Notes under the pieces: model-generated | Told to the model about the DNA's origin: nothing | Seen by the model: only the letters and a program-made list of their open reading frames with translations | Databases searched by the model: none | Source: an uncultured Gemmatimonadales bacterium | GTDB lineage: Bacteria > Gemmatimonadota > Gemmatimonadetes > Gemmatimonadales > GWC2-71-9 | DNA: 64,000 nt | NCBI GenBank assembly: GCA_963697065.1 | Contig: CAVOMQ010000001.1 | Location: 252,538 to 316,537, forward strand | Reading direction: 5' to 3' | Shown: positions 27,505 to 37,600 of the stretch, piece after piece | How positions within the stretch are numbered: position 1 is the stretch's first letter | Layout of the letters: every line of letters begins with the position of its first letter | Program-made: the position numbers and the translations under genes

Positions 27505-28376
27505 CGTGGCGCGAACTCCCAGACCGCCGTTGGTCCCGGACCGAATTCGAGGTGGGTCCGCAGGCCGAACCGGTAGGTCGGATTGGCGGCCGCGTCGTGG
27601 TTGAGCGTGAATGTGAGATTCTGCACACCCGCGCCGGCATAGGCCGGCACCAGGCGCAGCGTCATCGCCGGCAGCTCCACCACCGCGCCCGCCCCTTCCG
27701 GATACACCTTGATTCCCCATGCGGCCAGCGTTTGCCGCATCCGGGCAAGCTCGTCGACCGGAATCGCCAACGTGGCGCGGGAGACGTCGCCGAACAGTTG
27801 CAACGAGTCGTAGTGACTGGCGATGAAACGGTCGCGATCGCGGTCTTCGGTGCCGAAGGAATCCCGCGCCGCGACCCGCCGCGTCATGGCCAGCGTGTAC
27901 TCCATCGCCCAGAGCGCGTCATGCGGGCCGGAACGGTCGGGGCCCGCCGGGCGCAGCTCCTGATACCACGGCACCGATCCGGTGGAGTCGCGCAACGTCA
28001 CCGTCGCGGTGTCGAATGGCAGGCTGTCGAAGGCCAGGTGTCGCGCCAGCTGGAGCAGTCCACCCGGTGTATCGGTGGACAGCGCAATTCCGATGTCGCC
28101 CGGCTCGGCGCCGGGAAACCCACCTGGTGGTACGAAGATCAGGTAGGTGTGGTGTCCGTAGAGATAAACGCCCGCCGGTTCCCCGGGAGCGGCGCTGTCG
28201 TGCAGCGCGTAGCCGCCGAACTCGCCGTGCAGGAATGGAGATACGGTGAGGTCGTGATAGGTGGCTGAATCGATGACCATGTAGACGTGATTCAGGCGCA
28301 ACACCGGCGGCAGCGTCTGCGCCGCGACCGGGGCCGCGAGCTGGACCGCGCCGAGCAGCATCGTCAGTCGCTTCAC
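27501..28376 (-). CDS. Secreted hypothetical protein (DUF5829/glyoxalase-fold-like)
   Basis: GTG 28376 (GTGA overlap) inside track ORF 27501..28460. Signal peptide KRLTMLLGAVQLAAPVAAQ. ATGA overlap with msrA. The family assignment is tentative. Confidence 0.7.
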   Translation of the reverse strand: MKRLTMLLGAVQLAAPVAAQTLPPVLRLNHVYMVIDSATYHDLTVSPFLHGEFGGYALHDSAAPGEPAGVYLYGHHTYLIFVPPGGFPGAEPGDIGIALSTDTPGGLLQLARHLAFDSLPFDTATVTLRDSTGSVPWYQELRPAGPDRSGPHDALWAMEYTLAMTRRVAARDSFGTEDRDRDRFIASHYDSLQLFGDVSRATLAIPVDELARMRQTLAAWGIKVYPEGAGAVVELPAMTLRLVPAYAGAGVQNLTFTLNHDAAANPTYRFGLRTHLEFGPGPTAVWEFAPR

Positions 28377-28864
28377 GCCGGCACCCCGGCGTGCGACAGC
28401 GCCTCGATGTCGAGCGGCCCGGTCACCATGGCGATGCGGCCTTCGCTGTCCCGGGGCCACGCGTCACGCGGCCGGTCGTAGTAGAGCTCGACCCCGTTGT
28501 CGTCGGGATCGCGGAGGTAGAGCGCTTCGCTGACGCCGTGGTCGGAAGCCCCGTCGAGCGGCACGCCGGCCGACGCCAGGCGCCGCAGCGCTCGACCCAG
28601 GGCCGCCCGGTCGGGATATCGGATGGCGACGTGGTAGAGCCCGGTCGTGCCCCGGGGCGGTGGCGAACCGCCACGGCTTTCCCAGGTGTTGAGCGCGATG
28701 TGGTGGTGATACCCGCCGGCGCTGAGGAACGCGGCGCTGTTGCCGATCCGCGCCTGGACCTCGAACCCGAGCACGCCGTGCCAGAAGGCCAGCGCGCGAT
28801 CGAGATCGGCCACCTTGAGGTGCACGTGGCCAATGTCGACCCCGGGGTCGATGGGTGCCGTCAT
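28373..28864 (-). CDS. VOC-family (glyoxalase / extradiol dioxygenase-like) protein
   Basis: 163-aa ORF. IGHVHLKVADLDRALAFWHGVLGF, HHHIALNTW and EALYLRDPDDNGVELY are typical beta-alpha-beta-beta-beta VOC modules with metal ligands. Confidence 0.85.
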   Translation of the reverse strand: MTAPIDPGVDIGHVHLKVADLDRALAFWHGVLGFEVQARIGNSAAFLSAGGYHHHIALNTWESRGGSPPPRGTTGLYHVAIRYPDRAALGRALRRLASAGVPLDGASDHGVSEALYLRDPDDNGVELYYDRPRDAWPRDSEGRIAMVTGPLDIEALSHAGVPA

Positions 28865-29601
28865 CGCGAAACCAGCCGCGCCAGACCGAACGCCGCGGCG
28901 GCGGCCAGCCCGCCCACGACCAGGGTCTGCAGGGCGCTCTGCAGCCGGGCGGCACCGGTGAACGCCCCCTTGATCCAGCCGAAGATCACCAGGGCGGTCA
29001 ACGTGATGCCGATGGACCAGTGGAGTGCCACTGGAACGCTGTTGGCCGCGAAGTACGACGCGAGCGGAATCAGCCCGCCCACGAGATACGACGCGGCGAT
29101 GGTCGACGCGCTGCGAATCGCGCGGCCGGGGTGCGGCTCTTCCAGGCCGAGTTCGAAGCGCATCATGAAGCGCACCCAGTCGTCGGGGCGGCGGCGGAAC
29201 GAGGCAATGACCGCAGCGCTTTCTTCGGCGGTCACGCCGTAATCGGCAAAGACATCCTGCACCTCATCTGCCTCGCGGTCCGGGACCACCGCCACCTCGC
29301 GATACTCCCGGGTCAACTCACTGGCGTAGTGCTCGGCGTCGCTGCGTGCGGCGAGATATCCGCCGAGCCCCATCGCGATGGCACCGGCGGCGATTTCCGC
29401 CAGCCCGGCGGTGATGACCAATCTGCTCTGGGTCACCGCGCCGGACAGGCCAGCGGCAAGCGCGAACGGGACCGTCAACCCATCGGACATGCCGATGACG
29501 ACGTCGCGCACCGCCTCGGGAGCGCGCATGTGCTCCTCGCCGTGCGGCGCCCCCGGAAGCGGAGGCAATCCGGACGACGGACCAGGGGCCACAGCAGCCA
29601 T
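28861..29601 (-). CDS. VIT1/CCC1-family iron/manganese transporter
   Basis: ATG 29601 inside track ORF 28861..29637. RDVVIGMSDGLTVPFALAAGLSGA, a cytoplasmic acidic loop and C-terminal TM helices match the VIT1 family. Confidence 0.85.
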   Translation of the reverse strand: MAAVAPGPSSGLPPLPGAPHGEEHMRAPEAVRDVVIGMSDGLTVPFALAAGLSGAVTQSRLVITAGLAEIAAGAIAMGLGGYLAARSDAEHYASELTREYREVAVVPDREADEVQDVFADYGVTAEESAAVIASFRRRPDDWVRFMMRFELGLEEPHPGRAIRSASTIAASYLVGGLIPLASYFAANSVPVALHWSIGITLTALVIFGWIKGAFTGAARLQSALQTLVVGGLAAAAAFGLARLVSR

Positions 29602-29827
29602 CGATTCACCTCGGTGGTCGGGGTGCAGGGGCGCCACGGCGCTCGCACCGGCCGGCGCGCCACGATAAGTCTAACGTCGCCCCGATACCCTCGGCTGGGT
29701 GACGCGGGGGTGCGGAAGCGCGCGCGGCCGGCGTCCCCGGCAGTAGCACCCCACGCTGGCTGGGGGGCCCGACTATACTGCCGCTGCAGCCTGTCCCGAA
29801 CCGCACCCGCACCTGGAGTCTGGCATC

Positions 29828-30253
29828 ATGAACCGCAAGGCAACCGCACGCTGGCACGGTGATCTCAAGGACGGCAACGGCACGTTCCGCACCGAGAGCG
29901 ACCTGGTGGTCGGCACGTATTCGTTCGGCACCCGCTTCGGTTCGTCGCCGGGTACCAACCCCGAGGAGCTGATCGCGGCGGCGCACGCCTCGTGTTTCTC
30001 GATGGCGTTCGCCAACGGACTCGCCACCGGCGGCCACACCCCGGACGATGTCGAGACAGTCGCCACCGTCCGGCTCGAAAAGACCCCGGACGGCTTTGCC
30101 ATCACCGGCATCGAGCTCGACTGCACGGTCAAGGTGACCGGCATCCAGGGGGCGGAATTGCAGGCGGTGGCCGATGGCGCGAAGAAGGGGTGCCCGGTTT
30201 CGAAAGCGCTGAGCGCGGTGCCCATCTCCCTCAAGCTCACCCAGGCGTCCTGA
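29828..30253 (+). CDS. osmC: OsmC-family peroxiredoxin
   Basis: 141-aa ORF. NPEELIAAAHASCF and AKKGCPVSKAL carry the two conserved OsmC cysteines. Confidence 0.92.
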   Translation: MNRKATARWHGDLKDGNGTFRTESDLVVGTYSFGTRFGSSPGTNPEELIAAAHASCFSMAFANGLATGGHTPDDVETVATVRLEKTPDGFAITGIELDCTVKVTGIQGAELQAVADGAKKGCPVSKALSAVPISLKLTQAS

Positions 30254-30548
30254 CGGCGGGGTCGCCCGGGTTGGTGGGTGCCCCCTATTGCCAAAACGCG
30301 TCGGGCGACGTTTCTTTGTTGCTTACGGTTGCCAGGCCCCATTCCGGGGCACGGAGAGGCTTCTGGGGGACGCGGTCGGGGGATCGGCGTTCAGTCGGTC
30401 CCCCGCTGAGTATCCCGACCGTACGCACCAGGCGGCAGGAGCCGTCCCGTGCGGAAGCCGACCCGCCGCGAGGGGATGATCGCGTACCTGTAGTCGGTCG
30501 TACGGCATTGCCGGGACTCGATTACACTCATTGAGGAGCAGTACCAGC

Positions 30549-30761
30549 ATGCGCACGACCGGCACAGTCAAGTGGTTCAACGATGCGAAGGGCTTTGGTT
30601 TCATTACGCCCGAGAACGGGGACAAGGATTGTTTCGTCCACCACTCGGCGATCCAGGCCCAGGGCTTCAAGTCGCTCTCCGAAGGGGAGCGCGTCGAGTT
30701 CGACATCGTCCAGGGCGCCAAAGGCCCGGCGGCGGAGAACGTCGTGAAGCTCGGCCGCTGA
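30549..30761 (+). CDS. Cold-shock protein, CspA family
   Basis: ATG 30549, with GAGGAG 10 nt upstream, inside track ORF 30531..30761. [15 protein letters not shown] (RNP-1) and DCFVHHSAI (RNP-2). A ~295-nt upstream non-coding region precedes it, as is usual for csp genes. Confidence 0.93.
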   Translation: MRTTGTVKWFNDAKGFGFITPENGDKDCFVHHSAIQAQGFKSLSEGERVEFDIVQGAKGPAAENVVKLGR

Positions 30762-30797
30762 GGCGAGCCCGTCGCGGCCTCTGAGCCACGACGCCGG

Positions 30798-30840
30798 ACG
30801 GCCGGTCCACCTCACGGTGGGCCGGCCGTTTCGTTTGTGT
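30798..30840 (+). terminator. Rho-independent terminator of the csp gene
   Basis: ACGGCCGGTCCACC (30798-30811) pairs with GGTGGGCCGGCCGT (30816-29) as a 14-bp stem with one GU pair and a TCAC loop, followed by TTCGTTTGTGT. Confidence 0.75.
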
Positions 30841-30866
30841 CGGGCCGCGGCGGCGGGAACGACTCG

Positions 30867-32384
30867 CTACACCTCCCACCCCGACTGGTATCCCGGCTTG
30901 AGGTAGGGATTGGCCAGCGGCGCGTTGGTGACGGTCATGTTGTCCGCGTCGTAGAGAATCTTCTTCCCCTGACCGGTGCGCAGTGCCACAATGCCGAGCA
31001 ACATTGTCTCGGTCAGGCGCGCGGCGTAACTGATCGGCGACGTCGCCTCGCCCTGGCCCTTGCAGGCCAGCGCCCAGTTCATCTCGTGACTCACGGTGAT
31101 GCGGGGATATTTCTGCGGCACCGACGCCGTCTGCTGCATCAGCTCGGCGGGGAAGAGCCGCGGATGCTCACCGTAGGTCTCGTGCATCAGCAGTCCGCGA
31201 TCGCCGACGAAGATGGCACCGCCTTCGGCGTTGAGCGCCACCGAGTCGGGGAGTGACGCCGGCCGCTGCGGGTAGAGCCCGCCGTCGTACCAGGTCATGC
31301 GCACCGGCGGCTGTGCGCCACGCGCCGCGAAGTCGTAGTGCACCGTCATGGCCCATGGGTACGACACCGGGTCGCGGCGAGACCCACCCCACGGCGTCGA
31401 TGTTGCTTCGATGCTGAGCGGCAGCCCCAGGTCGAGCGCCCAGAACGGATGGTCGATCAGGTGCGCGCCCATGTCGCCCAGTGCGCCGGCCCCGAAATCG
31501 AGCCACCCGCGCCAGTTGAACGGATGGTAGATAGGGTGGTAGTCGATGGGGTTCTCGGCCGGCCCGGTGTAGAGGTCCCAGTGCAGCGTCGACGGCACCG
31601 CGTGGGTGTTGTTGGCCAGGCCGTTGGCGATGACGGCGTTGACGGTCCCTTCGTCCCACTCCATCGGCACGTCAGGATTCTGCGGGGCGTTGGGATCGGG
31701 AGTCCACAGCGGCCGTTGCGCCGGCGCCGGAATGGACTGCGGCCAGATCGGGCGGTTGGTCCAGACGTGGACTTCGCGCACGTCGCCGATCAACCCGGCC
31801 TGGACCCACTCGTTGATCAGCCGGGCGTCATCGCTGGAATGGCCCTGATTGCCCATCTGCGTCACCACGCCGGTGTCGGCCGCCGTCTTCGCCAGCACGC
31901 GGGACTCCCACACCGAATGCGTCAGCGGCTTCTGCACGTAGACGTGTTTCTTCGCCAGCATCGCCGTCTTGGCGACGATGGCGTGCGCCACGTCAGGCGT
32001 GGCGATGACCAGCGCTTCGATGTCCTTCTGCTTGTCGAGCATCTCGCGGAAATCGGCGTACCGCTTGGCCTTGGCATACTGGTCGCGGAGCTTGAGCACG
32101 TCGGGGGGCGTGGCGCCGTTCTTGTCCTTCTGCTTGAGATGGTCGGCCAGGGAGCGATCGACGTAGCCGAAGTCGACGTCGCACACCGCCACGATGTTCT
32201 CGCTGACCAGCGCCTGCGCGTTGTTCATGCCCATGCCGCCGGTGCCGACCATGGCGATGTTGAGCGTGTCGCTGGGCGCCTGGAAGCCGCGCCCCAGCAC
32301 GTGGCGCGGCACGATCATCGCGCTCAGTGCAGCCTGCCCCGTTCCGGCCACGAATTTCCGCCGGGTCAGCTTGCCACGTGCCAT
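30867..32384 (-). CDS. Gfo/Idh/MocA-family oxidoreductase with Tat signal
   Basis: ATG 32384 inside track ORF 30867..32480. Twin-arginine signal [11 protein letters not shown] and a Rossmann motif [10 protein letters not shown]. Confidence 0.88.
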   Translation of the reverse strand: MARGKLTRRKFVAGTGQAALSAMIVPRHVLGRGFQAPSDTLNIAMVGTGGMGMNNAQALVSENIVAVCDVDFGYVDRSLADHLKQKDKNGATPPDVLKLRDQYAKAKRYADFREMLDKQKDIEALVIATPDVAHAIVAKTAMLAKKHVYVQKPLTHSVWESRVLAKTAADTGVVTQMGNQGHSSDDARLINEWVQAGLIGDVREVHVWTNRPIWPQSIPAPAQRPLWTPDPNAPQNPDVPMEWDEGTVNAVIANGLANNTHAVPSTLHWDLYTGPAENPIDYHPIYHPFNWRGWLDFGAGALGDMGAHLIDHPFWALDLGLPLSIEATSTPWGGSRRDPVSYPWAMTVHYDFAARGAQPPVRMTWYDGGLYPQRPASLPDSVALNAEGGAIFVGDRGLLMHETYGEHPRLFPAELMQQTASVPQKYPRITVSHEMNWALACKGQGEATSPISYAARLTETMLLGIVALRTGQGKKILYDADNMTVTNAPLANPYLKPGYQSGWEV

Positions 32385-32463
32385 GACGACCGCCTTTCTG
32401 TCGTTTGGAAGAGGATCTCCGGCAAATAGGTTCGCCGCCGCCGATCCTGTCAAGCAGCGCCGA

Positions 32464-32931
32464 TCAGCCGGCGCCGCCACCGTCCGACGCCGCCTGGACC
32501 GCCTGACGGAACGCCAGCGGCGCCTGGATTCCCTCGAACCGCTCGTTGGTGCCGCCGCTGCCGGTCACGACGATCTCGCCGTAGCCGAACATGCGGCCGG
32601 CCAGCGTCTGCTCCACAGTGATGGCCTCGACCTTGGGAAGGAGCAATTCCAGCGAGCGGGTGTTGAGCGCGCCGAGCTTGACGACGACGCGCTTGTTGGT
32701 GACGGCGAACTCGGACGTCCGCCGCCTGAGCCAGGGTCCGACCAGCAGGAGCAACGCCAGGATGCCCGGGATCAGCGCCAGCAGGTGCGGCGCGGTGGAC
32801 GTGAGGATCCAGACCGCCGCCGCGGCAAGCAGTATCGTGCCGCAGAGCGGCAGCACGTACACCTTCCAGTGAAGGCGCGTCCGGAACAGCACCGTCTCGC
32901 CCGGCAACAGGTTGGCATTGATGAAGCTCAT
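32464..32931 (-). CDS. Membrane-anchored bacterial PH-domain (bPH_2 / YdbS-T-like) protein
   Basis: 155-aa [15 protein letters not shown], two TM helices, then [13 protein letters not shown]...[21 protein letters not shown]. Confidence 0.8.
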   Translation of the reverse strand: MSFINANLLPGETVLFRTRLHWKVYVLPLCGTILLAAAAVWILTSTAPHLLALIPGILALLLLVGPWLRRRTSEFAVTNKRVVVKLGALNTRSLELLLPKVEAITVEQTLAGRMFGYGEIVVTGSGGTNERFEGIQAPLAFRQAVQAASDGGGAG

Positions 32932-32997
32932 GAAACCACTCGCGGAGTCTGGGGCGCTGGAACTTACCCGCCCCGCTCGACGCCGGCGACCCGACGA

Positions 32998-33441
32998 CTA
33001 CCGCAGGGTGGAAAGCGCCTTCCCGAGCGTGCCGCGATCGAGCGGTGAGAGCTGCTCAGCGAACTCGGCGCCGATCCGGGCCAGCTCGGCGGCACCGGCG
33101 GCCTGGCGCTCCTCTCCCAGACGCGTCACGGCGGCCCGCACCGAACGACGGTCGGCGGCGTCGTGCACCCGGCGAACCAAGCCTTCCGATTCGAGACGGT
33201 CCACCAGCTGCGTCATGTTCGACCGCACGCAGCTCAACCGCGCCGCCAGCTCGCTCAACGGCAGCGGCTCCGTGGCATCGATGAGCTGGGTCAGCACACC
33301 GAGTTTGGCGACCGACAGCCCGACGGCGGCCAGCGCCGACTCGAGACGGTCCTCCCACATGTGGGCGGCGCCGAAGAGGGAGAGCATTGTCCGGTCGCCT
33401 CCCTCGGTGGCGGACGGCGCGGGTTTCAGACGACGATTCAT
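32998..33441 (-). CDS. MarR-family transcriptional regulator
   Basis: 147-aa ORF. The winged HTH is LSELAARLSCVRSNMTQLVDRLESEGLVRRVHDAADRRSVRAAVT. Confidence 0.88.
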   Translation of the reverse strand: MNRRLKPAPSATEGGDRTMLSLFGAAHMWEDRLESALAAVGLSVAKLGVLTQLIDATEPLPLSELAARLSCVRSNMTQLVDRLESEGLVRRVHDAADRRSVRAAVTRLGEERQAAGAAELARIGAEFAEQLSPLDRGTLGKALSTLR

Positions 33442-33475
33442 ATATGAACTATATCGCGTGGGACGCCGCTGTCAA
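33437..33475 (-). promoter_or_regulatory. Near-consensus promoter plus palindromic operator; predicted leaderless marR transcript
   Basis: On the minus strand: TTGACA (33475-33470), 16 nt, TATAGT (33453-33448), 6 nt, then ATG (33441). The perfect 12-bp palindrome TTCATATATGAA (33448-33437) spans the predicted +1 and the start codon. Confidence 0.55.
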
Positions 33476-33493
33476 CCCCGGGGGCGGCGAGAC

Positions 33494-34135
33494 TCACCGC
33501 TTGCGGGCCAGCAGGACGCCGTCGCGAATGGGAACCAGCGCCGCGGTCCAGGCGGGATCACCGAAGACCCGGCGGGTCAGCTCGCGGACCCCTTCGGTGG
33601 CGGCCGAGCGGTCGGCGGCGTCGAAAACACGCCCGCTCCAGAGCAGGTTGTCGACGATGAGCACGCCGCCGGGGCGGAGCTTTTCGGCAATCACCGGCAG
33701 CGAGGCGGGGTAGCCCGACTTGTCGATGTCGTTGAAGATCAGGTCGAACGGTCCCTCGCTGCGCCGCAGCGCCTCGACCGCCTCGCCCACGTGGTAGCTG
33801 ATCAGGTGTTGCAGGCCGAGCCGATCGAGGTGTCCACGTGCGCGAACGGAGAGGGCGTCGTCCCACACCACGTGGTGGACGGTCCCGCCGCCATTCTCGT
33901 CCACGCCGCGCGCGAACCACGCCGTCGAGTAGCCGAACCCCGACCCCATTTCGAACACCTGCCGGGCACCGATCAGCCGGGTCACCAGATAGCAGAGCTG
34001 GCCCGCCACCGGCCCGATGATCGGGAAGCTGGTGCGCGCCGCCTCGGCTTCCATTTCCTGCAGCTCGCGAGGCCGCTCGGGCACGAGGGCTTCGAGATGC
34101 GCGACGACGCGCGGATCGAACGGATCGATGGACAC
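33494..34135 (-). CDS. Class I SAM-dependent O-methyltransferase (caffeoyl-CoA OMT-like)
   Basis: GTG 34135 inside track ORF 33494..34369. SAM motif VFEMGSGFGYST, then DLIFNDIDKSGYP and LRPGGVLIVDNLLWSG. Confidence 0.85.
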   Translation of the reverse strand: MSIDPFDPRVVAHLEALVPERPRELQEMEAEAARTSFPIIGPVAGQLCYLVTRLIGARQVFEMGSGFGYSTAWFARGVDENGGGTVHHVVWDDALSVRARGHLDRLGLQHLISYHVGEAVEALRRSEGPFDLIFNDIDKSGYPASLPVIAEKLRPGGVLIVDNLLWSGRVFDAADRSAATEGVRELTRRVFGDPAWTAALVPIRDGVLLARKR

Positions 34136-34142
34136 AGGCCGC

Positions 34143-34439
34143 TCAGCGCGCCAGGAGGGCGCCGAAGAGGACCACGGCGCCGATGGCGAAGACGACGATG
34201 ACCAGGCGCTGACGAAGCGCCCGCAGGGCATCCCAGCTGGGGAGATCGAGATACCAGCGATCCGGCTCCGCTTCGCGGAGCACGGCGCGCCGTTGCAGTC
34301 TCCGCCACGCGGCACCGGCGTGCACCGAGAGGTGTTCGCGCGTGACGGCGCGGTCCGGCGAGGTGGCACCGGCCGCCTGGAACGCGGCGACGATGCGCTT
34401 CTCGCGGATGATCATGGCGCCGGCAGCCGCGGCAGTCAT
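34143..34439 (-). CDS. Hypothetical protein with C-terminal TM anchor
   Basis: 98-aa ORF with an ATGA overlap with the upstream gene and a C-terminal hydrophobic helix LVIVVFAIGAVVLFGALLA. No family recognised. Confidence 0.5.
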   Translation of the reverse strand: MTAAAAGAMIIREKRIVAAFQAAGATSPDRAVTREHLSVHAGAAWRRLQRRAVLREAEPDRWYLDLPSWDALRALRQRLVIVVFAIGAVVLFGALLAR

Positions 34440-34645
34440 TGGCTACCTCCGGTCGGAATCGAGAGGGACGTGGCACCGGCTCGCGGGCGACGCACCAGCT
34501 CGCCGCCGCAGTTGGGGCAGCGCCCGGCCATCGCCTCGGTGCACGACGTGCAGAAGGTACATTCGTAGCGGCAGATGAACGCCACGCCGTCCGCGGACAA
34601 CGCCGAGTCGCACCGTTCGCACCGCGTTCGCATCTCCAGCGCCAT
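34436..34645 (-). CDS. DUF1272 zinc-ribbon protein
   Basis: ATG 34645 inside track ORF 34436..34681. MALEMRTRCERCDSAL...CRYECTFCTSCTEAMAGRCPNCGGELVRRP matches the DUF1272 Cys pattern. Confidence 0.75.
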   Translation of the reverse strand: MALEMRTRCERCDSALSADGVAFICRYECTFCTSCTEAMAGRCPNCGGELVRRPRAGATSLSIPTGGSQ

Positions 34646-34652
34646 GATCCGA

Positions 34653-37600
34653 CTACCTCGGGGCGAGCGTGCGCCCGGCATCGAGGTGATCGAAGTTCAG
34701 GATCGCGTTGAAGACCAGAAAGTAGCTCCCGATCGTCTCCCCGCGGTAGATCGGGTTGTTGGCGAACAACACCACGTTCCCCTTTCCGACCGGATCGTCG
34801 ACCACCACCGGGCGCTGCGCGATCTCGCTGCCGCCGTCAAGCAACCCGGAGACCAGCAGGTCGCTCTGGTCGCTGAACCGCAGCACGACGCGAGGGCGTT
34901 GGTCGGGCGGAATAAGGTTGAGCGGGCTGCGCAGCTGATCGTCGGTGACCGACGGCAGTTCCCACGGCATCACCCGCTCGCGCGGCAGCGCGAGGTTGGC
35001 GGTATCGAGCGGCGGCCTGCCCTGCACCACGTCGGTGTCGTCAGGCGTGCCGCGGCCGGTGGCCGCGTTCCGCGCCGCCGCCGCGCCCACCACCACCACC
35101 ACGGCCGCCCCGGCTGTTACTCACGGCGAAGCTCTCGCCGTCGTCGCTGTACACCGCCAGGCGGTCGCGGATGCCGTAGGCAATCGGCGACAGCGAATCG
35201 ACCAGCCGGGTGCGCAGCAGGCTCCCCACCACCTTGCTCCGGGCGGCGTTGGCACTGACGCCGCTGGTGATGCCGAAATCGATGGCAAAGTCGGCGGTGT
35301 TGGCGACGCCGATGTACAACCCGCCGCTGTCGACGAACTGCTGCAGATGTTCCAGGCCATCCCACCCCAGCCCGGGGCGGATGTCGTCGGTCTGGGCCCA
35401 GGTGCCGATGTTGGGCGTGAGCGCGGTGTGTTTCCACGGCATCGGGTTGCGCCACATCGGCATGCCCTCGATGATCGACTGCCCGCTGCCGCCGCCCGGC
35501 CCGAAGATGATGACGTCGTAGCGGGCGTGCAGGTCGGCGTCGCGCGCCACGTCCTGCGTGCTGATGTAGTCGTAGGGCACCTGCAGCTTGTCGAGCGCCT
35601 CGCGCCACCACCCTTCGGTCTGGGTGCTGCTCCAGGTGTGCACCAAGGCGATGCGGGCCGCCCGCACCGGATGGGTGGGGACATCCGGCGCCGATGGCAA
35701 CGCGAGGACCGGAATGCCCAGTCGTGGCGGCCGCGTTCGCCAGCTGGTCGCGCGAGACACCCTGCACCAGGAACGAGCCGCGATCGAAGTGGCGGCCGCC
35801 GGCGTCGAACGGTTGTTCGGCGGCGTCGAATCTGGCGTCCTTGAGCTGATACCGCAGCGTCACCAGGGCGTTGTCGCCGTCATGATCGATGGCGTAGATG
35901 TCTCCGGTGCCGGAGACGCCGCCCGGCGCCGTGACGGTGTCGGTGACGTGCTCCATGGGCACCGCCAGCACGGTCGTGTCGGTCACGCGCACCGCCTCGA
36001 CGGCAAAGCCTTCGGGAAAGGTCCAGCCGGTGTCGTCGTAGGGATGCTTCTGCGGATCGTTCGGGCTCCAATACTGGTAGTCGAGCAGCGCGTCGGCGAT
36101 CCGCGAATAGGGCTGGTCCATCCGCACGATATAGGTGCCGGCCGGAAAGCGCCGCGTCGTGGCAGCCGCACCATTCGCCGGCGCGGCCGCGCCCCGCCCG
36201 CCCCGGCCCGCGGCGCCGCCTCCACCGCCCCGGCCGCCGCGACCGCCGCCGCCGCCCGGTGACGGCACCGTCACGCTGAACGGCGCGCGTGGCCCGGGAG
36301 ATCTCGACATGCTGGTGCTGCAGCACGCGCAGCAGATCCGCCTGCGCGCCCGGGCGCGGGTCGTCGGCCGGGAACACGTATGCCGCCGGGCCTTCGGTCC
36401 GCGCCTTGGCGATCGATCGTTTGCTCTTCTGCTAGAAGTTCTGCAGGAACAGCTGGCGATTGTTGGCGAAGTAACTGAGCGACACGAGCAGGCCGGTCTC
36501 TTCGTAATTGTTGTTGTCGCGCATCGACCATTCCACCCGCGGCAGCGGCGGATCCTGCCGGTACCAGGTGCGACTCGGTTTCCGACGGACGACAGCGTGC
36601 GTTCCAGCGTTTCCGGCGGTGCCGCCGTTGCCGAACGTCTCGTAGAGGCGGCGAGATACCGTTGTGCGTGGCCGCCATGAACATCAGGTATCCGGGCGAC
36701 CAGGTGTCGAAGTCGCCGTGGGCGAAGACGCCGGGCATGCCGAAGCGCGTCATCTCCTGCACGTTGTTCCAGCCGATCATCTGCCACTCGTTGGTGAGCA
36801 GCGGATCGAGCCAGGCGTTGTACGGGCCGTCGCCGATGGTGTTGTCGTAGAGGTACGGTTCCGACTCGTGCAGGTCGTGCAGCACCTGGGCATTCCAGCC
36901 GAGGTAGGTGTCGAGCACGTGCTGCGAGAGCTCGAGCGTCAGCGCCATGGCGTCACGGTTGTTGTCATGCGCCACGTAATGGCCCCAGTAGATCAGCGGC
37001 GGCACGGTTTCGCCGGGATGCTGCACGTGCCAGTGGTAGAGATCGACCATCGCGGTCACGGCCGTCGACTTCCACGATCGGTGTGATCAGCGTGATGACG
37101 TGATCGCGGATATTGCTGGATGTAGGGGCTGTTGTCGACCGCGAGGCGATAGGCCAGCTCCATCAGCGCCGTCGGCGCGCCCGCTTCGGTGGAGTGGATC
37201 GTGCCCGGTGATGTAGTAGACCGGCGCCGTGGTGGCTGCCAGCCGCCGCGCCAGCGAATCGTCGAAATGGATGGTACGCGGATCGGCGAGCTTCGCGAGG
37301 TTGGCGTTGTTGGCGTCGAGATGCGCCATCAGCGCCTCCGACGCCACGCCGACGGCGATCATCTCCCGGCCTTCCTCCGTCGTCGCCGATCGAGAACACC
37401 CGCACGCTTGGCGTGGCCTTCGCGAGCATCCGCATGTAGGCGTAGACCTCCTTCGAGTAGGGCAGGTTGGTCGGGATTGCCGGCGATGTCGCCAAGCACT
37501 GCGGCCGGGGTCGGGCACCGTCTTCGATGCCGGCAGATAGTCCACCAGCGGCGAGAGGAAGAACGGTTCGGTGGTGTACTCGCAGGATCTTGCGGGTGTA

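Noticed and set aside
29602-29770. yybP-ykoY manganese riboswitch in the ~165-nt leader of the VIT1/CCC1 transporter gene
   Set aside because: The leader has GUGGGGUGCUAC, vaguely like the GGGGAGUAG start of the motif. It lacks the UUGACA and GAGAGACA-type conserved segments and the four-way junction layout.
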